This document shows positions 1-26,037 of a stretch of DNA of 64,000 nucleotides, one piece after another. The number at the start of each line of letters is the position of its first letter. Position 1 is the first letter of the stretch. This DNA is from the human T2T-CHM13v2.0 reference genome, Homo sapiens. The stretch is from the NCBI RefSeq assembly GCF_009914755.1, contig NC_060936.1; one strand, written 5' to 3'. Both the position numbers and the translations under genes were made by a program. Under the pieces are notes generated by a model. The model was not told where the DNA came from and searched no databases. It saw nothing but the letters and a program-made list of their open reading frames with translations.

Positions 1-109
1 TGAAGCAAAAACAAAGTTTCAGCAAATAGTGTTGAACTAAAAGAGTTCTTTCATAAGTGTTTTTAGCTATAGTTTTTACTGGTATGTCAGACTGAAATAT
101 AGGACAGAA

Positions 110-2699
<2,590 letters not shown>

Positions 2700-3109
2700 A
2701 TAATTCATTTAGTTCTAATGCTCTCAGGTAGTAGGTACTATTATTATCACTACTCTAGAGGTATGCAAACAGATACACAAAATACTTCAGTAGATTGCCC
2801 AGGAATTAGCAGAGCTGGTATTTGAACTCAGGCAATCTAGCTCTAAAGTATGCATACTCTTAACCACTATGCTAGACTATGCCAAAGCAATTTCCCCTAC
2901 AAAATAACTCCCCAGAGAAGATCTGTTTCTGTGAAGGTATGTGGCGGGTGTCCCGTAGTGTCACCCCAGCCCCTCTTCTCCGAAACTGCCTAGTTTGCCC
3001 ACAAGGAAGGTTCCTGTTTCTTTTGTGTGAACTTCCCATGGGACCTAACCCTGCCCCTCCCCAAAACACAGCCATTGCTGAGTAAGCCAAGAGTGAACAA
3101 TAATCTAAG

Positions 3110-3380
3110 CTGAACATATCATATTCTCATTCTTACTTGAGGTTTGAGAAACACTGGGATTGGAAATCAAGTCGGATCATTGGATGGTCATAGGCTGGGG
3201 CCTCCATCAACTGCCACTGCAGTCCCAGGACTTTCCTTAGTTCCATCCTTCCTGAGGCCTGGCCATTCAATAATTCCATCATTTCCTGAGATACCGCTGC
3301 ATTTTTCTAATACATTCCCATTCTGTTTAAGGTAGGTCAGGTTGGTTGCTGCTTGCAACCAACCAACGGTCACTACTATA
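3110..3380 (-). mobile_element. Probable MLT1-family (ERVL-MaLR) LTR fragment
   Basis: Minus strand ttggttgcaagcagcaaccaacctgacctaccttaaacagaatgggaatgtattagaa resembles the 5' part of old MLT1 LTRs. Confidence 0.5.
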
Positions 3381-3958
3381 AGCAGCCATAGTTGAGGCTT
3401 ATTCTCTATCATTTCAGGGTCCACAATCTGCCCCGTCACTGCTCAGGTTTCAGGACCTCCGGCCAGACCTGCTGACCTCTCTGAGCCCTAGGGCACTGAG
3501 CACTAGTGACACTCACTTGTCAAGTGTGTCTTGCCTGGGATAGTCTATCTAGGCCTTTCAGGAGACAACTGGTTTAACTGACAAACTAAACTGCTAATGA
3601 GAGAACTAGAAGAAACTCTCAGTCTCTCCTTCTTACTCTCAGGTAACATATGTATACTGTAACAGAGGATTTCTGAAGACAGTGGCACTTTTGTTTTGTA
3701 AACCAAGAATGGCTTTAATAGTGGTGATTTCGGGTCAAATAAGAGAGAAGAAATATCTCTGGGCAATAGAGGTCTCATTATGCCCCTTATGATTTATTTT
3801 CTCTAGGCAGCAGCTTCTTTCCCTTAGCAGAGCGCAGGCTAGAGAAGAAAGAGCCACCACTACATTCCATCAGAGACAGCAGTAGTTCCAAAGTGATTTC
3901 AGAACGTGCAGCAGCTCCAAAAGTGAAGCTAGCTCCTGTGATAGTAACAAGTGGCTTG

Positions 3959-4063
3959 TTTGAGAGAAGGAGCATGGGCTTTGAAGCCAAATCAACCTAT
4001 ATTCAAAATAGCTTTGAGAGAAGGAGCATGAGCTTTGAAGCCAAATCGACCTATATTCAAAAT
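3959..4063 (+). repeat. 54-bp period tandem duplication within a MIR
   Basis: tttgagagaaggagcatg(g/a)gctttgaagccaaatc(a/g)acctatattcaaaat twice; 2 mismatches in 51 bp. Confidence 0.92.
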
Positions 4064-5059
4064 TCTGGCTCTCTGCACACACAGGCAAGTTCTGAGCCTC
4101 TTTCTTTGCCTTTAAAATAGTGTTGATAATAATGGCAACCTTGAAGGGTTGGAGGTTTCATTTGTAAAAAGCTTGACACACTGCCTCCCTTATATTATTT
4201 GAGTTTCCCCTTTTCAAAAGGCAGCAGCTCCATAGTTCTCTCTGTTGTTTCTCAAACACACAACAAAATTACTCACAAAAGGATCATACTTCTGAGTGTA
4301 AAATTGAGATACTTCATGATTATTGTTCTGTAATTACACAAGACATCAGATACTCAGTACCTGCTTTCCAGAAAGTATGATCTAGGCTACAGGAAATTTC
4401 CCTGTAGTTGTAACTATTGGATTACACAGCAAATACTACCCAACAATTGAAAAATTATCTAAAGTTTCAGAATATTTAAAAAATCACTGTTATTTTCCTT
4501 GCAATTTATTTTCCAATGGTTGAGAGAAAGCAGCTGAAAATTTTCTTTCCCAAATATAAAAGAATACTTTTATAATTATTCTAATACCTTTGTTCTTTCC
4601 ATCAAACCTCACAAACACATCAGAACTTCATACTATTCATCAGTGTCTCTGGATGAGCTACCTTTGGCAGATACTAAAATCACCGCCAGGAACCATGGAA
4701 TTAAGAAATCTAAGTATGGACTGAATTCCTAAAAATCCATGGGAAAATCTATCAATATAACCTTTAAAAGTGAGTCTAGATATTAATAAATGATAATAAA
4801 ATCAAAGTAACTAACATTCATCGAATGCTGACTAGGGACAAGGCAGTGTGCAAAGGATTTTAAATGGATTCTTTCATTTAATCCTCACAAGCCTATAAAG
4901 CCCATACTAGTTTTAGACTCATTTTTTTCTGTGAAGAAACTCAAACTTAAGATATGGAAATAGTGTGAGTTCTCACAGCTAATAATTTATGAAGTCAGAA
5001 TTTGAACCCAGGCTTTCTGACTAAAAGCCCAAGCTCTTTCTTAATCAAGACATTCCTTA

Positions 5060-6050
<991 letters not shown>

Positions 6051-6053
6051 CTA

Positions 6054-7427
<1,374 letters not shown>

Positions 7428-8199
7428 GGATGTAATTTTAAAAAGAAAAAAGAAATGGACAGAATCAGCTAGCACAGGGCACTGAAAAATACATGCCCTT
7501 AGAATGCTGCTCTGCCACTATTAAACTTTGTTATACTTTTATCAGAACCCCACTGAGTAATTGTTTTCTCAAATATATTCACCTTCAGACAAAATAGTCT
7601 GCCCACAACACACACCCGGGTATGACTCTTTTTTCTTCTTTTTGATTTGGTAAAGCATCTACCAGAACTATCCTTTGGTAGCTTTCTCCCTATTTAAACC
7701 ATCCTTCATTACCCCATTATATTCTTCATTACACTGCTGTAGTCAGCACTGTAACCAGATGGAAAGGAATGACCATGAGATCCCTAGAAATGGGGACCTG
7801 GGCTTCTGCCTCAGGCTGACATTGCAGCCCCATATTTCTAAATTAGCCTCCAGCAACCTGTTTTCTAATCTGAAAATGGGAATAAAAATACCCAACTCAA
7901 AGGATTTTTGAAAGGATCAAATGAGATGAGTTCCTACTATGTAGCAGTTGCTTAATTATTAACTGCACTTCTTGTCTGGATTTTCAATCCACTTTCCATG
8001 TTTTCTTCACATAATAAAAATATGTGTGTATAGAAGAGGGTCCTTACTTTCTCAGCCTTGTATTTATATTATAGATAAAGATGTGTAATGTAAAAGCCAT
8101 AGCATTTTTGCTACGGAGTACTTATGAAGGTATTGACCTGAAGTGATGTCATTTATACAAAAGCTGAAAAATAAGGAAAGACACATCACACACACAAAA

Positions 8200-9160
<961 letters not shown>

Positions 9161-9739
9161 TGTTTTTTTTTTTTAATTAACACTGCTATTTAGAGACTAG
9201 TTGAGAGGAAGGACAAAGTGAAAGCACATAAATAAACCAGCCAGACAATAAAAATAAAGAAAAGTAGTTAGATTTGACTGACTGACTCTGGAGTCAGTCA
9301 GAATCAATAGGATTTGCTGAAGAATTTGCTACGTGGAATAAGGTAGAGGGAAGTGGCAGATTTCTGTTTCAGGGAGCTGGTGCCATTTATTGATAGGAGG
9401 ATTCCTGGAGGAAGAGCAGTCTTGAAGGAGGTCATCAAGGAAAGCTTTCCAGGAGGCAACTGGCTCTATGCATCTGGAGCTCAGCAGAGAAGTCTGAACT
9501 GCAGATAGGGATCTATGAGTTATTGGCTATTAGACAGCATGTAAAAACATGGGCAAGACTATAAAATTGCCCAGCAGAAATATATAAGGAAAAACTCCAG
9601 GATCAAATTCTGAGGGACTGCAACCCTTAAAGGACAGGAAGAGGAAGGGACAGGCCAAAGAGAAATTGAGAAGGAGCAGTCAGAGAAAGGAGGAAACCAT
9701 GAGAATGTGGTGCTGTAAAAACTAAGGGAACAAAAAAAC

Positions 9740-13587
<3,848 letters not shown>

Positions 13588-13590
<3 letters not shown>

Positions 13591-13685
13591 AGGAAAGGAG
13601 AGGAAAGGAGAGGAGAGGAGAGGGGAGACGGCGGCGGCGGGGGGGGGAGGGCAGGGGAGGGGAAGGGAGGAGAGGAGAGGAGGGA
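13588..13685 (+). repeat. Polypurine (GGAGA)n / G-run tract with (CGG)4, following an Alu tail
   Basis: gaggaaaggagagg...gacggcggcggcgggggggggagggcaggggagggg... Confidence 0.9.
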
Positions 13686-13756
13686 AATCCTGATCTTGTA
13701 GGAAATATACATACACACATACACATTCTGATCTGGATTTTATCTTCTAGTATAGG

Positions 13757-14244
<488 letters not shown>

Positions 14245-14248
14245 AGTA

Positions 14249-14910
14249 CAGGGCTCAGCAAACTATGGCCTACTGGCCAAATCCAGGCCGCCCCTGTTTT
14301 TGTGCACCTATAAGCTAAGAACAATTTTGACATTTCTTTTCTTTTCTTTTTGAGACAGGGTCTTGCTCTGTCACCAGAGCTGGAGTGTAGTGGCATGATC
14401 ATAGCTCACTGTAACTTCAAACTCGACTTGGGCTTAAGCCATCCTCCCACCTCAGCCTCCCAAGTAGCTGGGACAACAGGCATGTGCCACCACACCTGGC
14501 TAATTTTAAATTATTTTTGTAGAAACAAGGTCTTACTTGTTACTATGTTGCCCAGGCTGGTCTCCAGCTCTTGAGGTTCAAGTGATCCTCCCACCTCAGC
14601 CTCCCAAAGCGCTGGGATTACAGGCGTGAGCCACCACACTTAGCCGATTTTCACATTTTTAAATGGCTAAAAGAAAAAAAAAAAAAAAGAACATTTCGTG
14701 ACACGTTAAAATTACTTGAAATTCAAATTTTAGTGTCCATAAATAAAGTTTTATTAGAATACAGTCAGGTCTATTCTTTATGTATTATCTATGGCTGCTT
14801 TTGTCCCACAACTGTAGAGTTGAGTGGTTGCAACAGAGACCATCTGTCTGGCCCACAAAGTCTAAAATATTTACTCTCTGGCCCTTGACAGAAAAAGTTT
14901 GCAAATCCCT
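14249..14910. mobile_element. MER58B (hAT-Charlie) split by an AluJ (14333-14645)
   Basis: Termini cagggctcagcaaactatggcc ... gaaaaagtttgcaaatccct. Confidence 0.8.
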
Positions 14911-15018
14911 ATTCACAGGAAGGTCAAACACAAGTGACAAAGAAAAGCAGCAATAAAATGTTTCAGGGATTCTAAAGAGAAGAGAATACATAAGGTTAGA
15001 AGTATCAGAAAAGAAGCT

Positions 15019-17200
<2,182 letters not shown>

Positions 17201-18423
17201 TTTAAAAAGATATTTTTCTAAGGAAATAGAAATTATCGAAATAGGTAATCTACTCAATTAACCTAAATTGTAAAACATTATAAAACACAGAGAACTGTTA
17301 TAATTCATTCTCATCTATTCATTTAACTTAGGTTAGCTTAGTTTTCAATCACTACATATTCTTAAACGGAGTGAAATTAGTCACATTCCATTTATCTTCC
17401 AAATTTATCAACGTTTATTAAGATTTATTTCAAGAATAATTTGTACAGGGCCTAATTAAATTATGAACCAAGAAAGTTAGTCTTAAATGACCCCTCAATC
17501 CCTTTTCCCTGCACTTTGCTCTCTTAATCTCCTCGCCCATCAAAACTGCTTCAAGAAAAAGTTCTGATAAATTTCTTGTACTAAGGGTAAGTAAGAATGG
17601 TAAATTCCCGTGTTAAGTTCCCGCCCTTTTTGGAACGAGGCATTTTGGAACAGAAAGTGTTTTCTGGTGCCCTGAAGTCACACGATAAACCTACTTGCCT
17701 ATGGGTAATCCTGTGAAGTGAATAAAGCGTCCAGGACATGCATTTAAATACGCAATTTATTTTAGTTATATAAATGGCGTTGGTTTAGGTGCAGGGTACA
17801 AACTTATTTAGAAATCATCGATTTGTTAACTGCGTTTGGCATGGGAATTTGGAAAGAGTTCGCCCGGGTTAAGACACCAATGGATAAAACACTTGTCAAT
17901 CCAGGAGAAAAGGCATCTCAAGAATGGAAAGACTTGCTGGCCCAGGCTCCCTCGGGGAGCTCTAGGTGTAGAAAATGCGCGCTCTCCGTTACTTCTCGGT
18001 TACTTTGCCCAGCACAAAGGACGACGCGAATACCAACAGACTGGACGAGTCGGTGACTACAGTTTGCATTAAGAGGCGGCGCCTTTTGGGTTTCGGAGGG
18101 TTCCACTGGAACCCACGAGGGTCAGGAACACCGACGCGCGGATTCCGCCCACCAGACAGCCTGGGGAAGCGAGCCTGAAGGCGCGGCGCAGCTAGAGAGA
18201 AGAACCTCGGCAGACATGCCGCCCAGAGGCAGCTAAGGGGCCCGTGGGCAGGGCCTGCGCTCCGGCTGCGATGCAGGCCGGCTAGAGGCCGGCGCCGAGG
18301 ACCCGGCGCGCGGCGGCCCCGCCCCCTCGGCTCCCCTCGCCCCGCCCCCTAGGCCCGCCCCTTCCCGGGCCGCGCACCCGCGCGCCCCGCCCGCGGGCGG
18401 AAGCTGGAGCGAGGCTGAACGCC

Positions 18424-18431
18424 TGACGTCA
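18424..18431. promoter_or_regulatory. Full palindromic CRE (TGACGTCA) at the approximate TSS
   Basis: Exact consensus gccTGACGTCAagg; function is inferred from the motif only. Confidence 0.7.
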
Positions 18432-18589
18432 AGGCGACATCGCCAAACCTCGCCCAGATTCAGGCGTGTAAACCAGCCGGAGCGGCGCGGCAGCGGCAGG
18501 ACCGCCGTGGCGCCTAGAGTAGCGACCCGGGGGGAGCGCGGGGCGACGCTGGCTGCAGGGACCCGGTGACAGCGTGAGAGGTTCGCAGA
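18430..18589 (+). other. RAP1B: RAP1B non-coding exon 1 with two alternative donors (after 18580 gag|gttcgc; after 18589 aga|gtgagt)
   Basis: ATG-free GC-rich segment ending in GT donors. The joins to exon 2 match the RAP1B 5'UTR as I recall it. The 5' boundary is approximate. Confidence 0.8.
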
Positions 18590-20292
18590 GTGAGTGCGTG
18601 GCCGCTGAGGGAAGCCGCGGCGGCGGCCGCGCGGGGCCGGGCGCCGGCTGAGGGGAGCGGGTGGGGTGCGGCGAGGCGCGGGCCGGGCGCGGCGGTCAGG
18701 GGCCCCGGCGGCGGCAGCCCCTCGGCGCGCGGCAGGTGGCGCGAGGGCCAGGCGCCGGGCCCGCGAGCGCGCTGCCTTGCGGGCCGGCGAGGAGGAGCAG
18801 CCGCCGCCGCCGCGGGAGAACAGCGCGCTTTGCGGAAGGGGTCAAATGTCTGAAATATGGCGGAGGAAGTGAGAGCCCGAGGACCCCCCCACCCGCCCGC
18901 TCTCTTCAGCCCGCGTCCGCCGCAGCTTCTCCCGCCGCCCTCCTTTCCCCGCCGGCTCCCCCGAAGACTCGCTCCCCGCCCCGAGCCCCCTCGCTTGTCG
19001 CCTGGGTTCCCTCCGTGGTATGGGTGGAAGTTAGAACGGAAACCAGAAAGTTGTCCTTTGCGAAGACCTAGCTTCTCCCAGCCCCGAGCTAGGGCGAGGA
19101 GCCTTCGGGGGAAACCACTCCCAGGCGCCCCGCGGGCTTGAGCCTGACAGCGAAAAAGTTTGCCTGAAACGGGGCTTGCTTGCTCCATTTGTTGCGGGAA
19201 GTGGCAGGAGGAAGGCAGCGGAGAGAGCCCCACCTAGTCTGGCAGCAGCCACCGTGTAGAGAAAAACTGTTAAAGGGGCCTTTCCCTTCGTCAGCAAGAG
19301 GAAATCTCTTTCTCTTAGAGGGAGAGAAAATCCAGGAAGTTTGTCCTCTTCTCTTTTTCGCCATCTCGAGGTGTCTAATCCTAAAACTATCAGCGCCATG
19401 AATTTTATTTAAAACTACGCCCAGTGAACCGGGCTCTCCGGATTTTTCTTCTGAAAAACACTGATGTCTTTTGGAGAAAAGATCATTTTTGCAAGTTAAA
19501 GCAGATGGTTTCCTTCCCCTTCGCTTTCCCCCCTCTCCCACTCTCTTTAATAGTTTAGAAAAACATTTTGGCCCTGTAACTTCTGATTGGTATGAATAGA
19601 AGCAGTTCTGTGTTGCAGTAAGGGGAAATCACATTTTTACGGGGTAGAAAGTTGACACTAAATGAAGATTGTGATTTTAGTATTTTAAAATTAATTCCGT
19701 CTAATTGGATTTTGGTTTTGCAGGCAGCATCTCATATATGTCGAGTACTTAACAATTTAAAGCTCTGACTTGTAAATTTATTTTTCAGCTCTCTTTTTTC
19801 GTAATTAGAATACTGTTTGGACTTGCTCAACAAGACCTTATCTTAACAAAAAGTAACTTATAGAAAAGGGAGACATTCATTTAACTTCAAGCCCATATTA
19901 TTCTTAAAAGCTGACTCTTGAAATAGTATTTATTGAGTCATAGTGGAGTCATGGGACTTTTTAAGGGCCGGAAGGGACTATTTAGATCATCCAGTCCCAC
20001 CCTGTCATTTTATGGAGGAGGAAACTGAGGCCTAGATAAGATAACCAGTTAGTGGGTCCACTGACCTTTAGGACAGTAGTCTATCCGTAAGAGACAACAT
20101 GGAGAAAGAAATACAACGTTTTTATAGTGAATTATCATCTTACAAAGAATATTCTTCCCATATCGCACTTTTAAAAAGTGGGTACCTTAGTCAAATAGGA
20201 GAAAAAACCACTTGAGTAGTTTCATCCTCAGGTTTTAGGTGAGGAAACTGATACTCAGATTAAATAACTTTAAGCACACAGAGCCTGAATGA

Positions 20293-20428
20293 TAGTCTTA
20301 TTTGAGCTCATCTGTGCTTTTAATGTGTACTACGTTAGGTGTTTTCACTTGCATTTCCTTTAGTCTTATTTGAGCTCATCTGTGCTTTTAATGTGTACTA
20401 CGTTAGGTGTTTTCACTTGCATTTCCTT
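20293..20428 (+). repeat. Perfect 68-bp tandem duplication
   Basis: tagtcttatttgagctcatctgtgcttttaatgtgtactacgttaggtgttttcacttgcatttcctt at 20293-20360 and 20361-20428. Confidence 0.97.
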
Positions 20429-21231
20429 GTTTGACGTTGACAATAAATCGTGAAGCTGCCTTATCTAAGGAAGTCCTAAAGTAAATCATTGGAACACATG
20501 TAGCCAGTTTGTTGTTTTTAATATGCCAGGTATCAAAATATAACTGAAGAACCAATGCTAAACTGACTTAATTTTAAAATGTTGTATGGGGCATGAAAAT
20601 GATTGCTCTGGCTGGGCGTGGTGGTTTACGCCTGTAATCCCAGCACTTTGGGAGGCCGAGCCGAGGAAGGCGGATCATTTGAGGTGAAGAGTTCGAGAAC
20701 AGCCTGGGCAACATGGTGAAACCCCGTCTTTACTAAAAATACAAAACATAGCCGGGTGTAGTGGCACGCGCCTGCAATCCCAGCTATTCGGGAGGCTGAG
20801 GCACGAGAATATGAACCTGGGAGGTTCACATTGAATGAACCAGCTTGAACCTGGGAGGCGGAGGGTGCAGTGAGCCGAGACTGCACTACTGTACTGCAGC
20901 CTGGGTGACAGAGCTAGACCTGTCTTAAAAAAAAAAAAAAAAAAAGGAGATAAGAAAATGATTGCTCTGCTCTCTTTTACATTCTCCCCTCACCCACGAC
21001 CGCGTGAAAGTCATCTCTCTTACCTTCTATGACACGCATTACTTCCTGCCTCCTGTTACCATTTTATATTATTTATTCCATTGAATTGTGAACTCCAACC
21101 ACAAGATATATATTGTTTTGTATGCCTTAACGCACTGGCATGGTGCCTTGCAATAGACATTCAACACCAGTTAAATGTAAGTACCATGAGGGTAGGGACT
21201 TAATCCATTTCATTCTTCACAGTAATCTTCC

Positions 21232-21277
21232 TAGCGCGTTGCCTGGGCACAGTGTAGCGCGTTGCCTGGGCACAGTG
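21232..21277 (+). repeat. Perfect 23-bp tandem duplication
   Basis: tagcgcgttgcctgggcacagtg x2. Confidence 0.95.
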
Positions 21278-22899
21278 TAATGGTTAGCGTTTGAATTTAG
21301 GGATTAATGGTAATGAACATTCAAAGAGAGGATATTTGAAGAGAACAGTGTAATCCTTTAAAAAGAAACATTTACATATTGGCTTTGGAATCCCTTTTAC
21401 TTGACAAATTAATTTTCGTTTTATCCTCAATCCTTTTCAGAATTCCAATATTTTCTCTTAGCTGTATAAAGGTAAAGTGACCCCCTCCCATAATAAAGAG
21501 CTACCATGTAAGGAGGGTATAGCAAAGAATTAATTATTAAAATAACTAGATCCATTTTTGTAAGGATCCTTTCAATTGTATCTTCCTATCTAATTCAAGA
21601 TTGGTGGAAGGTCTATGCAAAGATTGATAACATGGTAACTGATTAGACATGTTATTTTAAATGCAGTCCAAGATTTGGATGAAAAGCTCACGTTCAGGTT
21701 TTTTTTGCCTTTTGTTGTAGGTACTCGATAAATATTTATTGAGGTAGTGAAACTAATCTGAAATTGGATCTGATACAGAGAATTTGACCGATTTTACAAG
21801 GTGTCCATTTACTTTTTCCCCATAAGTATTGTTTAAATAGGCTGTTTTATTATCGACTATCACACAGATCTTACTGATTTGCCTCATTTCCTTAAAGATG
21901 TAAAATAACTGTGTTTCTCTGTATGTTTGTGTTGCTAAAGAGGAGGTTGGGTATTGATCTGCAGTTTCTAGATTTGACTGGCACTAGGAGTAATTTAGCA
22001 TTTATGAATTAGCTATTTACTGCTGTTTTATAGCAGTGATGTCACGTGTTCACTCTATAGAAAAGTTAGGTAAAGATTGGTCTGTCTTAAACTTTCTGAG
22101 ACATAGGTTGTGACTAAAAATATGCCCTGGGTTTTCTTCCCCCTCCTGTCATTATTGAGGACTCCATGGTCTAAGAGATTAGGCTGAAGTTTTTGTTAGC
22201 CTTTTCAAATTGAATTGAATTTTAGAACAAGTTAAGACATTTTGGCTGATGCAGTGATTCATTGTAACATTGGACAAAATTTTTAGTTCAGCCATCTGTA
22301 AACAGGAGTACTGTACCATGGCTCTGGAAGCTAGTGTTTTTCTGTGTTCATAGATTATTTTGCAATGGTATTGAAAGGTACTAATTGCCATTTGAGGTCT
22401 TAAGTTCTTTGTAAATCTCATAAGCACAGTGGAAGCAGTAGCTACAAAGAATAGATGAATTTATCCATTTGCAGTAAAAACTGATTTGTATGTAATCTGT
22501 TGTACTTTGAACCCAGTTGAGCACTGGATTCTAAAACAAGTCTCTTTGGTCGTGGAGAGTTTCTATTTTAAACAAGAAAAGTTATCAGGAACTTTTGTGC
22601 TGCCTTAAAAACATCACTTTTTAAAATTCACCAGCAACAAAAAATAGTATCACTTACATTCCGTATTTCATAACATTGGACTATTTATTCCTAATGTTGG
22701 TCAAATCAAGGGTACAGTAGCAACTGATTATTTAAGCAGTAATTTAGAAAGATTTTTTTTCCTTTGAATCAGTAGAGGGTCAAAATTTTTAAAACTTTCC
22801 AAAGAACCTTAAAACAGGAAAAAATGAAAATGTGGGGGAAATGTACCAGTTTTTTTTAATTTAAATTCCCTAAAATAAAAATATTTACAACATGAGTTA

Positions 22900-23184
<285 letters not shown>

Positions 23185-23498
23185 TTACAAATCTGTCTCT
23201 CTGACCATAGAGAGTAATTATTTAATCTTGTGAGTTTGAGTTTTATATCAAACCATTTCCTAAAGCTTACTTGTAATTACTTTTACTTTATGTTTTTGTA
23301 GTTATACATGTGTATATATATACACATACATACACACACACATATACATATATCAGTGAGACCTTTTAAATTTTAGCTGAATTCTGGTTTCATAACTTGT
23401 GATTTTTTTTCCGGTACTGGGGGATTGAATGTTTTTAACTGTTGTGCAGATAGACTGAATAAAGGAAGTGAGCATCCATTAAAAACTCTAGTAAATAA

Positions 23499-24376
<878 letters not shown>

Positions 24377-25304
24377 TAGGCATGAGCCACTGTGCCTGGC
24401 CCAGCATTTCACTAAGTAACTTTATTTTAAAAATATACAGTGAACTGATTGCCGAAGTGGTGGATTGCCTCTACCTGTTTCCTTTTTCTTTGCCTTGTAG
24501 GAAGGGAAAAAGATGAAAGGAAACATGTTTTGTCTATTTAGTAGCAATTTTTGGTGAAAGCTTCTGGAAAGGAAATGGAAAATGCTGGGTAAAATGAAAT
24601 TATAATTATCTGTGTATTCTAAAATTTATCCTCACATTAGAATATATTTTTCAAAGTTACTTTATACTAAATTCAGGGACTTTCTAAGTTCTCAGTTAAT
24701 AGAACTGAAAGGGTATCAATAAAATAAGGACTATATATATAATCTATTTTTACTTAGTTTTTATGCGCCAAAAGGTATGTATGTTGCATCCAGCTGTTTG
24801 TTACCTTGTGTTTTAAAGTTGCAGTTAGAATGTGGAATCCTATTACTACATTGTGCCAACATATTTGTGGCTGATGCTTCTAAGTTATCCACAAGCTTCT
24901 CAATACAATAGCAAAATGCAGGAATTCCTCTGGAATCTTGAATTGAGGGATAGGATGAGATATATAACATATGTTATCTGTTGTTTTCTCCTACTGCTCT
25001 TGAAATTAACAAACTTGAGATAGTGTACTGATTTGTATTTATAAGATTGGCTGAGTTCAAATATGTCTTTTTGACGTTCTTACCAATGTTTAAAATATAG
25101 AAAAGTATAAAGAAGAAAATGAGTATCATCCGTAATGCCATCACTACAATGACTTTTTTAAAGCAAAATGTGTACTTTCCTTCTGAAGCTTTCCAACCTC
25201 CTTGCCTCCTCAGTGAGAATGATGACATACTGTTGTTAGAGTTGTTGAGGATCAAATGCAGTATTACTCATGAATGTTTCATAAACCATAAAATAATACA
25301 GTAA

Positions 25305-25603
<299 letters not shown>

Positions 25604-26037
25604 TAGTTCTTGTTCTATAAAGCTTTTTTTTTTTTTTTTTTTTTTTTTTGAGGTGGAGTCTGTCGCCCAGGCTAGAATGCAGTGGCACAATCTTCGCTCA
25701 GTGCAACCTCTGCTCCCAGGTTCAAGCAATTCACCTGCCTCAGCCTCTCGAGTAGCTGGGATTACAGGCATGCGCCACCACGCCTGGCTAATTTTTTTTG
25801 TATTTTTCTTAGAGACGGGGCTTCACCATATTGGCCAGGCTGGTCTCGAACTCCTCACCTTGTGATCTGCCCGCCTCGGCCTCCCAAAGTGCTGGGATTG
25901 CAGGCGTGAGCCACCTTGCCTGGCCCTATAAAGCTTTTATTCTCCTATGGCATTGCTTAAGAATCCCATTAAAGTATGAATAAGGACTAATAAATAATTG
26001 TGAGTTTTGATTAGTGTAACAAATGAATTACCTAGAT

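Larger units (their letters stand above)
17960..19260. promoter_or_regulatory. RAP1B: CpG island / RAP1B promoter
   Basis: Very GC- and CpG-rich stretch in an otherwise AT-rich window. Multiple GC boxes (ccccgccccc ~18318-18350; gggcgg 18395-18400), an ETS-like cggaag at 18398-18403, and no TATA box. Confidence 0.93.

Noticed and set aside
3120-3950. Balanced-composition segment with several ORFs, initially suggestive of a pseudogene
   Set aside because: No recognisable protein in any frame; part resembles an MLT1 LTR and the rest adjoins a MIR.
18514-19541. Long antisense ORFs (239 aa, 150 aa) over the CpG island
   Set aside because: Stop-codon scarcity is expected in very GC-rich DNA; the products are low-complexity Ala/Gly/Arg/Pro with no recognisable domain.
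22037-22048. Overlapping tgatgtca / gtcacgtg (CRE-like, E-box) and scattered tgagtca AP-1 sites
   Set aside because: Short motifs cannot be supported without chromatin or conservation data.
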